Positions 63,674 to 64,000 of a stretch of 64,000 nucleotides of DNA are shown here, in pieces. The DNA lies in the sequence record MT322327.1; one strand, written 5' to 3'. How positions within the stretch are numbered: the first letter of the stretch is position 1; each line of letters starts with the position of its first letter. The DNA is from Escherichia phage SSBS18_WS_10_728. The translations under genes were made by a program, and so were the position numbers. The notes below the pieces were generated by a model, which had not been told where the DNA came from, did no database searches, and worked only from the letters and a program-made list of their open reading frames with translations.

Positions 63674-63993
63674 AGTGTGATTTCTCCTTTCTTTATCATC
63701 TCTAAGGCTTGTTTTCTGTCTAAAACTTCCCAATTTTCTTTGTTAAACATGTCATAAGGTCTTGCATAGATTTTACCATCTGCTGTAGAGATGTAAGAGA
63801 CACCAGCGACCCATGAGTCATCCTTCTGTTTTATCATCATATCTGTGCTACTCACATAGTACAGCGTTTTCCGAGGTTTGTGGAGCAAGTATATGGGCCA
63901 TTCGTGATTTGCTATTAAGTCTTTCATAGTTTCTCCAAAGTTATTTTTAGAGGGTCTTTTACGACCCTCATAGTTATTAAAACTAAACACCAC
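63670..63993 (-). CDS. hypothetical protein
   Basis: 107 aa ORF at window edge; start uncertain. Confidence 0.3.
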   Translation of the reverse strand: MVFSFNNYEGRKRPSKNNFGETMKDLIANHEWPIYLLHKPRKTLYYVSSTDMMIKQKDDSWVAGVSYISTADGKIYARPYDMFNKENWEVLDRKQALEMIKKGEITL

Positions 63994-64000
63994 AACCCTC

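Overview
This window is an AT-rich segment of a tailed-phage (Caudoviricetes) genome. All calls come from reading the sequence and the supplied ORF track by eye; tRNAs and RNA structures were hand-folded, so coordinates can be off by a few nt and anticodons are provisional. Layout: (1) 1-22.2 kb, minus-strand late module: tail fibers, baseplate, tape measure, chaperones, tube, sheath-like protein, neck, HK97-type major capsid, S49 prohead protease/scaffold, portal, large terminase. (2) 22.3-27.5 kb, dense minus-strand tRNA cluster: about 26 tRNAs that appear to cover all 20 amino acids, interrupted by two protein genes and several structured non-tRNA elements. (3) 27.6-29.4 kb, a vWA (MIDAS) protein and a small basic protein. 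(4) 29.7-36.9 kb, plus-strand operons including a triple Ig-like repeat protein and a GH24 endolysin. (5) 36.9-38.5 kb, a 1.6 kb ORF-free repeat-rich region between convergent terminators. (6) 38.6-44.9 kb, about 15 small minus-strand genes, most preceded by a conserved regulatory cassette. (7) 45.4-64 kb, minus-strand accessory and nucleotide-metabolism genes: TARG1-like macrodomain, spanin pair, HAD phosphatase, SLT-like protein, rIIB/rIIA-like pair, NAMPT-like plus Prs-like pair, HNH endonuclease, NrdG, NrdD, glutaredoxin, NrdB-like. The most interesting candidate is a family of four hairpin elements inside the tRNA cluster with base-pair covariation in the closing stem; one carries a circularly permuted tRNA-like domain, as in bacterial Y RNAs (YrlA), and lies about 1 kb from the vWA protein, which could be a Ro60/Rsr-like partner. 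This is a hypothesis, not a verified annotation.
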